Below, piece after piece: positions 46,481 to 56,041 of a stretch of DNA of 64,000 nt. The stretch lies in the NCBI GenBank assembly GCA_963719505.1, contig CAVRCF010000004.1:64001-128000 (forward strand), written 5' to 3'. The stretch is from Halobacteriovoraceae bacterium (GTDB lineage: Bacteria; Bdellovibrionota; Bacteriovoracia; Bacteriovoracales; Bacteriovoracaceae). Within the stretch, counting starts at the first letter, position 1; each line of letters opens with the position of its first letter. The translations under genes and the position numbers were made by a program. The notes beneath the pieces are model-generated. The model worked only from the letters and a program-made list of their open reading frames with translations, was not told where the DNA came from and did no database searches.

Positions 46481-47687
46481 AATTTTAATAATCGGTGCCT
46501 CTGGATTTGTTGGGTCAAATCTACTTAATCATTTTGAAGGTCTCTCTACTTCAGTTAGAGTTATGTCTAGAAACCCAAAAAAAATAAATTCTGACAGTTC
46601 CTTGACTGAAATAGTCGAGGGCGATTTAGATAATCCTGAAACTCTAGGAGCAGCTGTCGCGGGAATTGAAACCATATACTATCTGTCTCATGCCATGGGG
46701 TATGCCGGGTCTGATTTTGAACGGCAAGAGAAAGTTCAAGCTGAAAACCTTCTCTCTGTGATTGATCAGAATGTGAAGATTATCTATCTTTCGGGAATAA
46801 TTCCCTCCAGTGTTCTCAGCAAACATTTGCGATCACGAAAACAAGTTGGTGATATCTTACGTTCAGCCGGAAATATTGTAATTGAGTTTAGAGCTTCTAT
46901 TATCATCGGAGAGGGGTCGACTTCTTTTGAGATGATAAGGTCACTGGTTAATAGAGTTCCATTTATTCTCAGTGCTAAGTGGTCTCAAAGCTTCTGCCAA
47001 CCTATCTCTATTGTTAATGTTGTTCAGTTTTTGGCACTTGCTGAATCCAAAGAATTTGAAAACCCTGAGTATTTTGATATTGGGGACAAGGATATATTTA
47101 AGTACAAAGACCTCTTAGTTGAATACGCGAAATCTGAAAACCTAAGAAGACCAGAGATTAAAGTTGATGACTTCCCAAAGGAACTTGCCGCTAAACTTCT
47201 AGGTGTCGTTATTCCAGAGTACAGTCTCGTTGGCGAAAAGCTTATAGAAAGTATCGAGCACGAAACAATTTTGACTGATAGTAAAGCGGCAAAGACCTTC
47301 GGGATAGAGCCTTTACCTTTTGATCAGGTTTTAAATCTTGTGCCAAAGATAAAGCTTGAGGAGAGAAACTTTGATTCTTTCTTTCGGTTTTTGCAAAACA
47401 ACAAAGACTTGCCAGATTACTTAAAAGGGCAAGTCCTAATGTATACAATAGAGGTTAGTGATTCTTTTGATATCGCTAGTTGGATCGACAATCTCAATTC
47501 GATACCGCTTTTAAAAATATCTAAAGATCAGACCAAAGGTTTTATTTTAAAGATTCCTTTTGTTGGACAAATTGGAATCAAACTTTCTCCTGATAATAAA
47601 AAACTTCTCCTTGCTGTCGAGGCTAAGTATTTCTTTCAAAAAGCTGGCTTCGGTCTTGTGAATGCCGTTTTAAGTAAGATTAAATGA
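46473..47687 (+). CDS. NAD(P)-binding atypical SDR/epimerase (YbjT-like), second paralog
   Basis: GASGFVG, YYLSHAM, SKHLRSR.QVG, RASIIIGEGSTSFEM. Confidence 0.85.
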   Translation: MTKILIIGASGFVGSNLLNHFEGLSTSVRVMSRNPKKINSDSSLTEIVEGDLDNPETLGAAVAGIETIYYLSHAMGYAGSDFERQEKVQAENLLSVIDQNVKIIYLSGIIPSSVLSKHLRSRKQVGDILRSAGNIVIEFRASIIIGEGSTSFEMIRSLVNRVPFILSAKWSQSFCQPISIVNVVQFLALAESKEFENPEYFDIGDKDIFKYKDLLVEYAKSENLRRPEIKVDDFPKELAAKLLGVVIPEYSLVGEKLIESIEHETILTDSKAAKTFGIEPLPFDQVLNLVPKIKLEERNFDSFFRFLQNNKDLPDYLKGQVLMYTIEVSDSFDIASWIDNLNSIPLLKISKDQTKGFILKIPFVGQIGIKLSPDNKKLLLAVEAKYFFQKAGFGLVNAVLSKIK

Positions 47688-48925
47688 AAGTTCTCTTCCT
47701 GCTGTTTCTTTCCATCAGTCTTTACGCTTTTGAAATCGAAATAGAGGGAAATACAAAAACTCAATCCAATATAATAAGAATTGAACTTGCAGATCTGACA
47801 TCAAGAAAAATAGATTCAAATCTTCTTGATGAGATCGAAAGAAGAATATGGAATTTGAGACTTTTTTCTAAGGTCGATATTAAACCAAAAGATGAAAGTG
47901 TTTTAATTACAGTCTCTGAGAGGTGGACGACAATACCAATAGCCAAGTTTTCCTCTGGGGGAGACTCAACTTATATTGCCCTTGGGGCTTACGACATCAA
48001 TACCCTAGGAAGAAACCTCGAGATTGGTGCCCAGTATGAAGAACTCAATGACAGACCAGCTGGAGTTTTATGGTTTCGAAAACCTCAATTCTTAGACAAT
48101 AGAAATTTAAATATTGGAATGGATTTTTGGACGATTAATAGGATTCGTGTTTTTTACGATAGTAATGGCGAAGAGAATGGGGCATTTACACTTATTCGCA
48201 AGAGGCTGAATACCTTTGTTGAGCAAAAATGGGATAGTGACTTTTTCTTATTAGGTCTTCAATTTGATTTCCATAACGATGAAATTTCGGAGTTTGGCAT
48301 CGGTGACGAATTAGAGGACGAGAATAGGGAAAATAATTTAGTTTTTGATCAGCGCTCGATTAGTAAGTTTCTTAGAATCTATTTTCGAGTAGGGCGAGTA
48401 AACTTTCAAAATTATTTAGTCGATGGATCTGATGTTCAGGTCGAATCGGCTGTTGTCTATTCCTCAGTAGAAGATAACGCTTTGTCTGATTCTAAACTAA
48501 TATTTAGGCATTTTACCCTTCTTCCTAATCACATCAATGTGGCCTGGCAGTTTTCTATGGAAACGACAAATTTAGAAAATATTCAATATCAAAAGTTCGT
48601 TGGAGGTTTCTCTGAAGTCAGGGGTTATAGAGATGGTCAGTTTTATGACAACGCCTTTTGGAATAACAATGTAGAAGTCAGATTTGATGCTTGGGAAAAT
48701 AGTTTAGGAGTTGTTCAAGGGGCCATTTTTTCTGATCAAGCTAAAGAGGGTGAAAGCATCAAGGAGAGTTTTAATTCTGAGGAAAGAGTTTTGGTATCTT
48801 CGGGTTTTGGCATTCGATTAATTTCTCCTAAAATTTTCAGATTTGTAGCCAGGCTCGATTATGCAATAACGCATACCCGTTTTATCGACCAAAATCTTTC
48901 TTTTGATATTCAACAGTTTTTTTAG
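47684..48925 (+). CDS. Omp85/BamA-TamA-like outer membrane protein with one POTRA domain
   Basis: IEGNTKT...I..EL, V.ERWT, VRGY, GFGIR, C-terminal QFF. Confidence 0.85.
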   Translation: MKVLFLLFLSISLYAFEIEIEGNTKTQSNIIRIELADLTSRKIDSNLLDEIERRIWNLRLFSKVDIKPKDESVLITVSERWTTIPIAKFSSGGDSTYIALGAYDINTLGRNLEIGAQYEELNDRPAGVLWFRKPQFLDNRNLNIGMDFWTINRIRVFYDSNGEENGAFTLIRKRLNTFVEQKWDSDFFLLGLQFDFHNDEISEFGIGDELEDENRENNLVFDQRSISKFLRIYFRVGRVNFQNYLVDGSDVQVESAVVYSSVEDNALSDSKLIFRHFTLLPNHINVAWQFSMETTNLENIQYQKFVGGFSEVRGYRDGQFYDNAFWNNNVEVRFDAWENSLGVVQGAIFSDQAKEGESIKESFNSEERVLVSSGFGIRLISPKIFRFVARLDYAITHTRFIDQNLSFDIQQFF

Positions 48926-48927
48926 TT

Positions 48928-50013
48928 ATGGAACCTTTTAAAAATAAATTTAATCCAAATTCAATCAAGCTTCTGTCGGAGTCTTTCGCATATTTCGATG
49001 AATCTTTTAATCGAGATAGCTTTATAAATGAGGCTTGTCAGAATCTTGCCTCACTAGAGATGAAAGACAGGGCCGTCCAGATATCTGAAGCTTTCTCCAA
49101 TCAATTAAGTGGTACAAAAACAGCGAAAGCGCGGAAGATTAAAGCATTTTTAATGAAAACCCAGCTTTCAGGCTTTATTCTTTGGCCAATTTCTATTTAT
49201 ATCGAAAGGCACTTCATAGATGATTTTAAGCTAGGAATGGATCTGTTAACCGAACTCACAAAAGTTTTTACCAGTGAGTTCGGTGTAAGACCTTTCTTAG
49301 AGAATTATCCTTTAGAAACTTATGCTTATTTAAAAAGTAAGTGTGATCACAAAAATGAGCATGTGCGACGGTGGATAACAGAGGGAACGAGACCTAATTT
49401 GCCGTGGGGAATGAATATCTCTCATTTAAATAATAATCTTTCTCAAAATATAGAGTTATTAGAACATCTCAAAGAAGATTCTTCTCTCTATGTGCGAAAA
49501 TCAGTCGCAAACCATATGAGTGATATTTCAATGATAAATTCAGCTTTGGCCTTAAAGACTTTAAAGAGATGGAATGCAAAAGGTTCTGTTCATGTTAGGT
49601 GGATCGTAAAGCAAGCTTTGAGAAATTTAATTAAGGCTGGGAATAAAGAAGCATTGTCCATTCTTGGGTTTAAAGAAGACTTTGCCATTACCCAGATAAA
49701 AATCTCTTTTAATCCAAAAAATATTAGACCCCCTGAAGATGGAAGACTCAAATTTTCTTTCCAATCTGATAAAGACCAAAATCTCATGATTGACTACATT
49801 CTCCATTTTCTAAAGAAAAATGGTACCTATTCTCAAAAGGTATTCAAATTAAAATCAAATCAATATTTAGCTGGCAAAAGTGTTCTTATAGAAAAGAAGA
49901 TTAGCTTTAAGTCTATAAGTACTAGAACTTATTACCCAGGCCTTTATAAAATTGATATCCAAGTCAATGGTGATCTTGTTGCAGGGACAAGGTTTAACCT
50001 TCTAGAAGGTTGA
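48928..50013 (+). CDS. DNA alkylation repair protein (HEAT-repeat AlkC-like) with C-terminal Ig-like domain
   Basis: LTK.FTSEF.VRPF, HVRR..EGTRP.LPW, D.SLYVRKSVAN, TR.YYPG...QVNG. Confidence 0.9.
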   Translation: MEPFKNKFNPNSIKLLSESFAYFDESFNRDSFINEACQNLASLEMKDRAVQISEAFSNQLSGTKTAKARKIKAFLMKTQLSGFILWPISIYIERHFIDDFKLGMDLLTELTKVFTSEFGVRPFLENYPLETYAYLKSKCDHKNEHVRRWITEGTRPNLPWGMNISHLNNNLSQNIELLEHLKEDSSLYVRKSVANHMSDISMINSALALKTLKRWNAKGSVHVRWIVKQALRNLIKAGNKEALSILGFKEDFAITQIKISFNPKNIRPPEDGRLKFSFQSDKDQNLMIDYILHFLKKNGTYSQKVFKLKSNQYLAGKSVLIEKKISFKSISTRTYYPGLYKIDIQVNGDLVAGTRFNLLEG

Positions 50014-50520
50014 ATCTATTTGGTTCTTGTATCTGAGAGCTGTCGTTCTTAGAGCATAATCCTGTTCTTGTTTAAGCTGCGCTAATAGTTCTTTTTCCAA
50101 AGGAAAATAGCGAGTTAACTTATCAATATTTATTGGTTGAGAATAAATTAAGTCTATGATTTTTTCTTTGGGTGCTTTGTTCTCTCTCATGAGATAATAG
50201 GCATATTGCGTTGGTGTGATGGCATAAATAGCACTGGGATCTTTTGCAAAAACTTCTTGTTTTGGGAAAAAAGATCTGATCTTGTATTTTGGAAAGACTA
50301 TATTTGGGTACTGAGTTTCGCTTTTAAGGATGCTTCCAGAGAACCAAATATAATTAAAATCGATTAATGACTTTTTTAAATAGTCTCTTTGAACCTTTGA
50401 GAGGATATCATAGTCGTTATAATCATACTCTTTAGTACAGAAGACAGTTATAAAATTGATTTCTTCTTCATGAAGAAGAAGGTAATCATCTTTTTTTATT
50501 CTCTCTCTAAACTTTTGCAT
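50002..50520 (-). CDS. Hypothetical protein (paralog of 9716-10255)
   Basis: DILSK.QR.YL, FPK, TPTQ, QPIN. Confidence 0.8.
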   Translation of the reverse strand: MQKFRERIKKDDYLLLHEEEINFITVFCTKEYDYNDYDILSKVQRDYLKKSLIDFNYIWFSGSILKSETQYPNIVFPKYKIRSFFPKQEVFAKDPSAIYAITPTQYAYYLMRENKAPKEKIIDLIYSQPINIDKLTRYFPLEKELLAQLKQEQDYALRTTALRYKNQIDSTF

Positions 50521-50554
50521 CGTTGTGTTAAGCTCTTTTTATTAAAGAAGAGGT

Positions 50555-52036
50555 TTAGCTTTCTTCGGTTTCAGATTCAGGATTACTTTTAATTTCTACC
50601 GTGACACCTTGTTTTTCCATCTTTAAAGCCCACTGATCGAGATGATCTTTGATCGTCGGATCTAGATATTGAACTTCTCGAAGACAAACCTCTAGGTTGG
50701 AGGGATAGTTTTCACCCGCATCTTTAAGTTCTCGGTTGAGGACTGGAAGATCTAAGAATGATAACTTACCTGTAAAGGTTAAAACTTTATTTCCATACTC
50801 TTCTTTGACAACCAAATCGTACTTTAGGACTTCGAACAGGAGGATAAAAATGGCGACGAGAAATCCTGCTACAACACCGATGAGTAAGTCGACAGTTATC
50901 GTAAGGATAAAAGTTGTAGCAAATATCCATGAGGTCTTATTATATTTCTTTATATAGTCAAGAATATGAGACAGATCTAAAAGCTTAAAGCCTATGAAAA
51001 AGAGAATACCAACTAGGGAGGCGATTGGGATCAGTTCTAAAACAGCAGGGATAAAGAAAATGAGCATGATCCACACAGCATGGAGGATACCTGCAAGTTT
51101 TGTTTTAGCTCCTGCCTCAACGTTTGCGGCACTTCTAGATATAACTCCAACCACAGGTATAGTTCCTATAAACCCAGCAAATAGATTTCCAATCCCTTGG
51201 GCAAGAATTGTTTTATTGTACTTGGAATGGGTGTGAGTCATTTTATCGAGGGCACTTACACAAAGCATCGTTTCAACACTTGCAACAAAGGCGAAACCTA
51301 TTGAATACAATACAAGGTTAATATTCAACGACTCTATCGCATTAGAGTAATGTATATTAGCAAAAATTTCACTGAAACTACTCGAGAGATGAACTTTTGG
51401 AATGTCCCAGCCAAATATTGATGTAATAGCTGCGGTTATAATAACGGCAACAAGAGACCCAGGGATGAGGTGAAAGATGATAGATTTTTGTCTCGACCAA
51501 AAAATCATAATTCCTAAAACGAGAACAACGATAGTTCCACCAAAAATTAATGAGTCACTACCACTTGAAAAGCCGGAACTTACAACATTTGGTAGGTTAA
51601 AAATATTCATATAACTATCACTACTCATGGGTTGACCAAAGAAGATAAAGACTTGGGAAATAATGATGAGAAAGCCAATTCCAGAGAGCATTGCCTTCAC
51701 CAGAGCTGGTGGGGTCGCCTGAAAGAGATGCCCAACCTTAAAAAGAGCAATTGAAATTTGAAAGACTCCTGTAATGACACCAAGAGAAATGAGCGCCGAT
51801 GCACCAAAGTTTTGAACGACGTGAAGAACCATTACGGCCAATCCCGTGGATGGACCACTTATCTGTAAAGGGGAGCCAGTAAGTGTCGATGCTACGAGTC
51901 CACCAATTATTGCACAAGTAAGCCCAAGGTAGGGTTCAACTCCTGCCGCAACAGCAACTCCCAGAGAGATTGGCAGGGCCACCAAAAAGACAACAAGGGA
52001 CGAGAATATATCTTTTGTTATAATTTTCTTGTTCAT
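50555..52036 (-). CDS. SulP family inorganic anion transporter with short STAS-like tail
   Basis: VVFLVALP.SLG.A, ISGP, AQG.GN, VISRS.ANV.AGA. Confidence 0.93.
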   Translation of the reverse strand: MNKKIITKDIFSSLVVFLVALPISLGVAVAAGVEPYLGLTCAIIGGLVASTLTGSPLQISGPSTGLAVMVLHVVQNFGASALISLGVITGVFQISIALFKVGHLFQATPPALVKAMLSGIGFLIIISQVFIFFGQPMSSDSYMNIFNLPNVVSSGFSSGSDSLIFGGTIVVLVLGIMIFWSRQKSIIFHLIPGSLVAVIITAAITSIFGWDIPKVHLSSSFSEIFANIHYSNAIESLNINLVLYSIGFAFVASVETMLCVSALDKMTHTHSKYNKTILAQGIGNLFAGFIGTIPVVGVISRSAANVEAGAKTKLAGILHAVWIMLIFFIPAVLELIPIASLVGILFFIGFKLLDLSHILDYIKKYNKTSWIFATTFILTITVDLLIGVVAGFLVAIFILLFEVLKYDLVVKEEYGNKVLTFTGKLSFLDLPVLNRELKDAGENYPSNLEVCLREVQYLDPTIKDHLDQWALKMEKQGVTVEIKSNPESETEES

Positions 52037-52244
52037 AAAATTTTCCTCTTGAATGTGAAAGTACCTTTAATTTTGCCGTTTTAAACCCCTGTAGGCAATA
52101 AAAATGGCATAGACACGGTTTCGTGACTATTTTTTTTGCACAGCACAGTAAAAGTGCGTTGCACTGATGATTGCTGACAATGTCTTCGATGTAAGGCATA
52201 TTATTAACTTTGGTTCCCAAAAATTATAGTTCAGGGCAAGTATT

Positions 52245-52475
52245 ATGAAATTTCACTTCGACAAAAGTAAGCTCAGCGATCATTTGAGAGAAAAACAAAA
52301 AATTAAAGGCACGTTTGACTCACCATGCATGTCTATTTGTAACTACGACAGCGCGACAAGTGTGTGTCAAACCTGTGGGCTAATGAAAGAGGAGAAGAAG
52401 CTTTGGAAAGTCTCTGATGACTCCGTCAAAGAGAAGATCGCAACTTCCGTTATTGAAAGAACTGAGCATAAATAA
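52245..52475 (+). CDS. DUF1289 domain protein
   Basis: SPC.S.C......C..CG...EE...W. Confidence 0.75.
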   Translation: MKFHFDKSKLSDHLREKQKIKGTFDSPCMSICNYDSATSVCQTCGLMKEEKKLWKVSDDSVKEKIATSVIERTEHK

Positions 52476-52830
52476 GCACAAGACTTAGAATCATCAATGT
52501 AAGCAGTGTAAAAAGCATTCCTGAAACTCTAAACTTTATGATATCAGAGACAATTCCTTTAAAGTGGAGGAGTCTACCTATAAAAATCATCAGCCCCAGT
52601 ACAGTAATAAATGAGTTGGGTAGCGCTGCTGTGTTTTCAAGTAAGAATAAAAGAATAAGGAGAAAAGGAGTATAAGCTTGAAAGTTTGAGTGTGCACTCA
52701 TTGCTTTGAGCATCTGGGGATTATTGCCATCACCCAAAGAAATCTTTAAACGTCTTCTTGTTTTGATAACGAATACAGAGAGGTAGAAGTAAAAGACTCC
52801 GAGGATGGCCGCGATAATAGAGGTGATCAT
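52450..52830 (-). CDS. MAPEG family membrane protein (YecN-like)
   Basis: RR..ISLGDG, AHSNF..Y.P, GRLLH, RV.GM..T. Confidence 0.88.
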   Translation of the reverse strand: MITSIIAAILGVFYFYLSVFVIKTRRRLKISLGDGNNPQMLKAMSAHSNFQAYTPFLLILLFLLENTAALPNSFITVLGLMIFIGRLLHFKGIVSDIIKFRVSGMLFTLLTLMILSLVLIYAQFFQ

Positions 52831-52840
52831 ATATTCTCCT

Positions 52841-53725
52841 TTAAATAAAGTTTTCTATTCTTTTATTAATTTCTTGCTCTAATCTCATGCGACTTTCTTT
52901 GCTCTCTTTTGTCAAAAATGAAAGATGGGTTTTGGATATCTTGCGGTCAAACCAAAAATGACCGCTTTCAAAAGAGTGACATATTAAGAAACAAATTGTG
53001 TCAGCTCCCATTTGAGTTGTTCTAAGTCTATTTCCCATATTCGTATAGAATCCTGGAAGAGCATCTTTGACCGCTTTGGTTTCAACCCATCCCGGATGGA
53101 TGGTCGCAAAATTAAAGTCTGGATACTTCTTGGCCAAAATTTCACCCATGATAACCTGAGCTCTTTTAACATTGGCATAGGTTGCAACCTTGTCATAGCT
53201 ATCGTTGGAAAAAAGATTCTTTAGGTTTAATTTCTTTAGCAACATCCCACCAGAACTTGTGATGATGATTTTGGCATTCTTACTAAGTTTCTTGGCGTTG
53301 TTTAATCGATGAAATAAAATAATATGACCTAGGAGTTGGCTGGCGCATTGAAGCTCCACGCCCTGTGAGTTTTCTTTATATTCACTGGGCATGGCCCCGG
53401 CATTTAAGATGAGATTGTCAATAATTGGAAGTGTACTAATAAAAGAATCGATATCACTCCAACAAGAGACATCCCACTCAATAAATGTTCTCTTACTTTT
53501 TTGGACGTATTTATCTTTATTCCTTCCAACGACAAAAACTTCTTCGCCTTCAAAAAAGTCTGCGACAGCTTCCCCAATGCCGCTCGTTCCACCTGTGATA
53601 AATATAGTTCCGGGATGATCTTTTTTCAACTTATCAAAGTATTCTTTTTTATGTCTTTTGAAGCCGCTTCTGTCAAAGGAGAAAAAGATTGATTTATCTA
53701 GTAATGTGTTCCAAAGTTTCTTCAT
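52841..53725 (-). CDS. SDR oxidoreductase (DHRS12-like)
   Basis: TGGTSGIG, LNAG, SSGGM, YANVKRAQV, HPGWV.T. Confidence 0.9.
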   Translation of the reverse strand: MKKLWNTLLDKSIFFSFDRSGFKRHKKEYFDKLKKDHPGTIFITGGTSGIGEAVADFFEGEEVFVVGRNKDKYVQKSKRTFIEWDVSCWSDIDSFISTLPIIDNLILNAGAMPSEYKENSQGVELQCASQLLGHIILFHRLNNAKKLSKNAKIIITSSGGMLLKKLNLKNLFSNDSYDKVATYANVKRAQVIMGEILAKKYPDFNFATIHPGWVETKAVKDALPGFYTNMGNRLRTTQMGADTICFLICHSFESGHFWFDRKISKTHLSFLTKESKESRMRLEQEINKRIENFI

Positions 53726-53767
53726 AGAGAAATCCTAACTTAAAGTTCATGAAAAGGAAAAAATGCT

Positions 53768-54121
53768 ATGGCAAAAAACGTATTAGGCACGCAGCTAGAG
53801 TCTTGTAGCCATGACCCATTAACGGGTTGGTTTAGAGATGGTTGTTGTAATACAGACCTTGGAGACGAGGGAATTCATACGGTCTGTGGAATAATGACTG
53901 AGGATTTCTTGGATTATATGGTCTCTGTTGGAAATGACTTAAAGTCATCAAACCCACACTTTCCTGGTCTGAAAGCTGGAGACTCTTGGTGTTTGTGTGC
54001 CTGGGCTTGGCTTAGGGCTTATAAAGAGGGAGTTGCGTGTAAGGTTAATCTTGCTGCAACCCATGAAGAAACGTTGGCCATGATCTCCTTAGATGCTTTG
54101 AAGACTTACTCACATGTCTAG
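53768..54121 (+). CDS. DUF2237 family protein
   Basis: NVLG..L..CS.DP.TG.FRDGCC, H.VC, GNDL, FPGL..GD.WCLCA. Confidence 0.93.
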   Translation: MAKNVLGTQLESCSHDPLTGWFRDGCCNTDLGDEGIHTVCGIMTEDFLDYMVSVGNDLKSSNPHFPGLKAGDSWCLCAWAWLRAYKEGVACKVNLAATHEETLAMISLDALKTYSHV

Positions 54122-54184
54122 TCTTATTTAATTGATCATTGATATTTTGAAAAGAATTTAAAGTGGGGCGGTTTTGGTTATAAA

Positions 54185-54213
54185 GTAGAGGAAAGCTTGA
54201 TACTTTCCTCTAC
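54185..54213. terminator. 11-bp stem hairpin between convergent genes
   Basis: GTAGAGGAAAG-cttgata-CTTTCCTCTAC. Confidence 0.75.
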
Positions 54214-54231
54214 ATTGGCATTACTTATTTT

Positions 54232-54408
54232 TTACTCTTCGTCTTCCATTCCAGCAGAAGTATCTTCAGACTCATCGTCCTCAAAAACATCTTCAGATGT
54301 AGTTGTAGTCATAGACGAATCGTCATCTTCACCGGATGCATGAGCTACTTGAGCACCAACTGACATGATAAACACAAAAAGAGCTAGCATGCTTAGTAAT
54401 TTTGTCAT
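54232..54408 (-). CDS. 58-aa secreted acidic peptide (absent from ORF track)
   Basis: SD AGGAG; MTKLLSMLALFVFIMSVGAQVAHA-SGEDDDSSMTTTTSEDVFEDDESEDTSAGMEDEE*; terminator downstream. Confidence 0.85.
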   Translation of the reverse strand: MTKLLSMLALFVFIMSVGAQVAHASGEDDDSSMTTTTSEDVFEDDESEDTSAGMEDEE

Positions 54409-54501
54409 TTCTTTTCTCCTAAATCCTATTTAAAGGTTTGGTCTAATTTTAGACCGGTGGTTTGGTTTTTAAGGCCAAACACGTTGTTACTTTTTCATAC
54501 T

Positions 54502-54529
54502 CATTCGGAACAGAACAAACTTCGCTTTA
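54502..54529 (-). promoter_or_regulatory. Sigma28 (FliA)-like promoter for the acidic peptide gene
   Basis: Minus strand TAAA-N16-TCCGAATG. Confidence 0.45.
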
Positions 54530-54699
54530 AATATATTTGCATAAGTTTTATCTTTTCTTCTCTTTCTCTTCTCCCTATAGCAGCTATGCTAGGAGAACAG
54601 ATATTGAGTATCTTTGGCTATTGTAATCCAAACCTGTCTGAGCGCCAAGAAAATTGTGAAGGGTAGCTTTTGGTAGGAAGAAAAATAGTGATCAAGCTG

Positions 54700-54717
54700 T
54701 CCCCCAGATCTGGGGGA
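54700..54717. terminator. Perfect 18-bp palindrome downstream of photolyase
   Basis: TCCCCCAGATCTGGGGGA. Confidence 0.55.
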
Positions 54718-54734
54718 GCCAAAGTGGAGGAAGG

Positions 54735-56033
54735 CTAGTTTAAGCCTTCTTTATAGAACGCCAATGCTCGATGATAGGATTCTCTATGGTCCACCATCTC
54801 CTTTGGGTAATCATCTGATCCATATTCGGGGACCCATTTCTTGATGTACTCAAATTGTGGATCGAACTTCTTTTGTTGCGTATAGGGGTTGAAAATTCGG
54901 AAATAAGGGGCGGCATCGCATCCAGTTCCGGCAACCCATTGCCAATTACCATTATTAGCAGACAGTTCAAAGTCGAGAAGCTTCTTTGCAAAGTAGCGTT
55001 CACCCCAGCGCCAATCAATGAGCAGATGTTTAACGAGGAAGCTTCCGGCCATCATTCTGACTCGGTTGTGCATAAAACCCGTCTCATTTAGCTCCCTCAT
55101 GCCAGCGTCGACAATAGGGTAACCTGTGCGTCCATCACACCATTTTTGAAACTCTTTTTTGTCATTTTTCCACTTGAGTGAGGAGTATTTTTCCTTAAAA
55201 GGAGCATCCACGACATGGGGAAAGTGATAAAGTATCTGCATGAAAAACTCTCGCCAAACCAACTCTGAGAGCCAAACTTGATTGAGAGCATGACCCACTT
55301 TTACACACTTTCTTACTGAGACAACCCCAAATCTTAGGTGAAGACCCAAATGTGTTGTGCCCACTATCGCCGGAAAATCTCTGTTTTTGTCATAGTTCTC
55401 TACGATCGGTTTCTTTATACTACTCACTTTGTTGTGAACTTGTGCTTTTTCAAAACCCATGGACTTTAAAGTTGGAATATTTGTCTTCTTTTGTTGAAAA
55501 ATATTCTTTAGTAATTTTTTAGAGCCAAAGGCCTCGCATAGACTGATATCAAATTGGGAGAGCCATTTGTTTTTAAAAGGGGTGAAAACGGTATAAGGTT
55601 TTCCATCATTTTTTAAGACATCATCTTTATGAAAAATGACTTGATCTTTAAATGAATGAAACTTTATTTGGTTTTTCTCTAATAACTTTGAGATCTTCTC
55701 ATCTCTTTTGATCGCGTAGGGCTCGTAGTCTTCATTGGTGAATACTTCATCGATATCATAATCCTCTATGATCTTTTTCCAAGCCTCCAAAGGAGAGGAA
55801 TAATAAAAGCTTATGCCGCCGCCATTTTTAGCAAGTTCTTCATTCATATCACTGAGATTGTCGTGAATAAATTGAAGCCTTGCATCCTCTTTATCTTCAA
55901 GTTTCTCGAGAATTTCTTTATCAAAAATAAAAACCGGTAGAACTTTATTTTTGCCCTTTAGAGCGTGGTAAAAGCCTGCGTTGTCATCGAGTCTCAAATC
56001 TCTTCGAAACCAAAAGATATTAATTTTGCCCAT
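54735..56033 (-). CDS. phrB: Deoxyribodipyrimidine photolyase (CPD photolyase)
   Basis: WFRRDLRL.DN, WREFF, GRTGYPIVDAGMREL, HNRVRM, NNGNWQW, PYFRIFNP. Confidence 0.97.
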   Translation of the reverse strand: MGKINIFWFRRDLRLDDNAGFYHALKGKNKVLPVFIFDKEILEKLEDKEDARLQFIHDNLSDMNEELAKNGGGISFYYSSPLEAWKKIIEDYDIDEVFTNEDYEPYAIKRDEKISKLLEKNQIKFHSFKDQVIFHKDDVLKNDGKPYTVFTPFKNKWLSQFDISLCEAFGSKKLLKNIFQQKKTNIPTLKSMGFEKAQVHNKVSSIKKPIVENYDKNRDFPAIVGTTHLGLHLRFGVVSVRKCVKVGHALNQVWLSELVWREFFMQILYHFPHVVDAPFKEKYSSLKWKNDKKEFQKWCDGRTGYPIVDAGMRELNETGFMHNRVRMMAGSFLVKHLLIDWRWGERYFAKKLLDFELSANNGNWQWVAGTGCDAAPYFRIFNPYTQQKKFDPQFEYIKKWVPEYGSDDYPKEMVDHRESYHRALAFYKEGLN

Positions 56034-56041
56034 ATTTGCCT

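Noticed and set aside
51936-52220. 94-aa Cys-rich minus-strand ORF
   Set aside because: Overlaps the SulP start out of frame and spans its promoter region; probably spurious.
54457-54666. 69-aa plus-strand ORF in the track
   Set aside because: No SD, no recognisable features; overlaps the promoter region of the better-supported minus-strand peptide gene.
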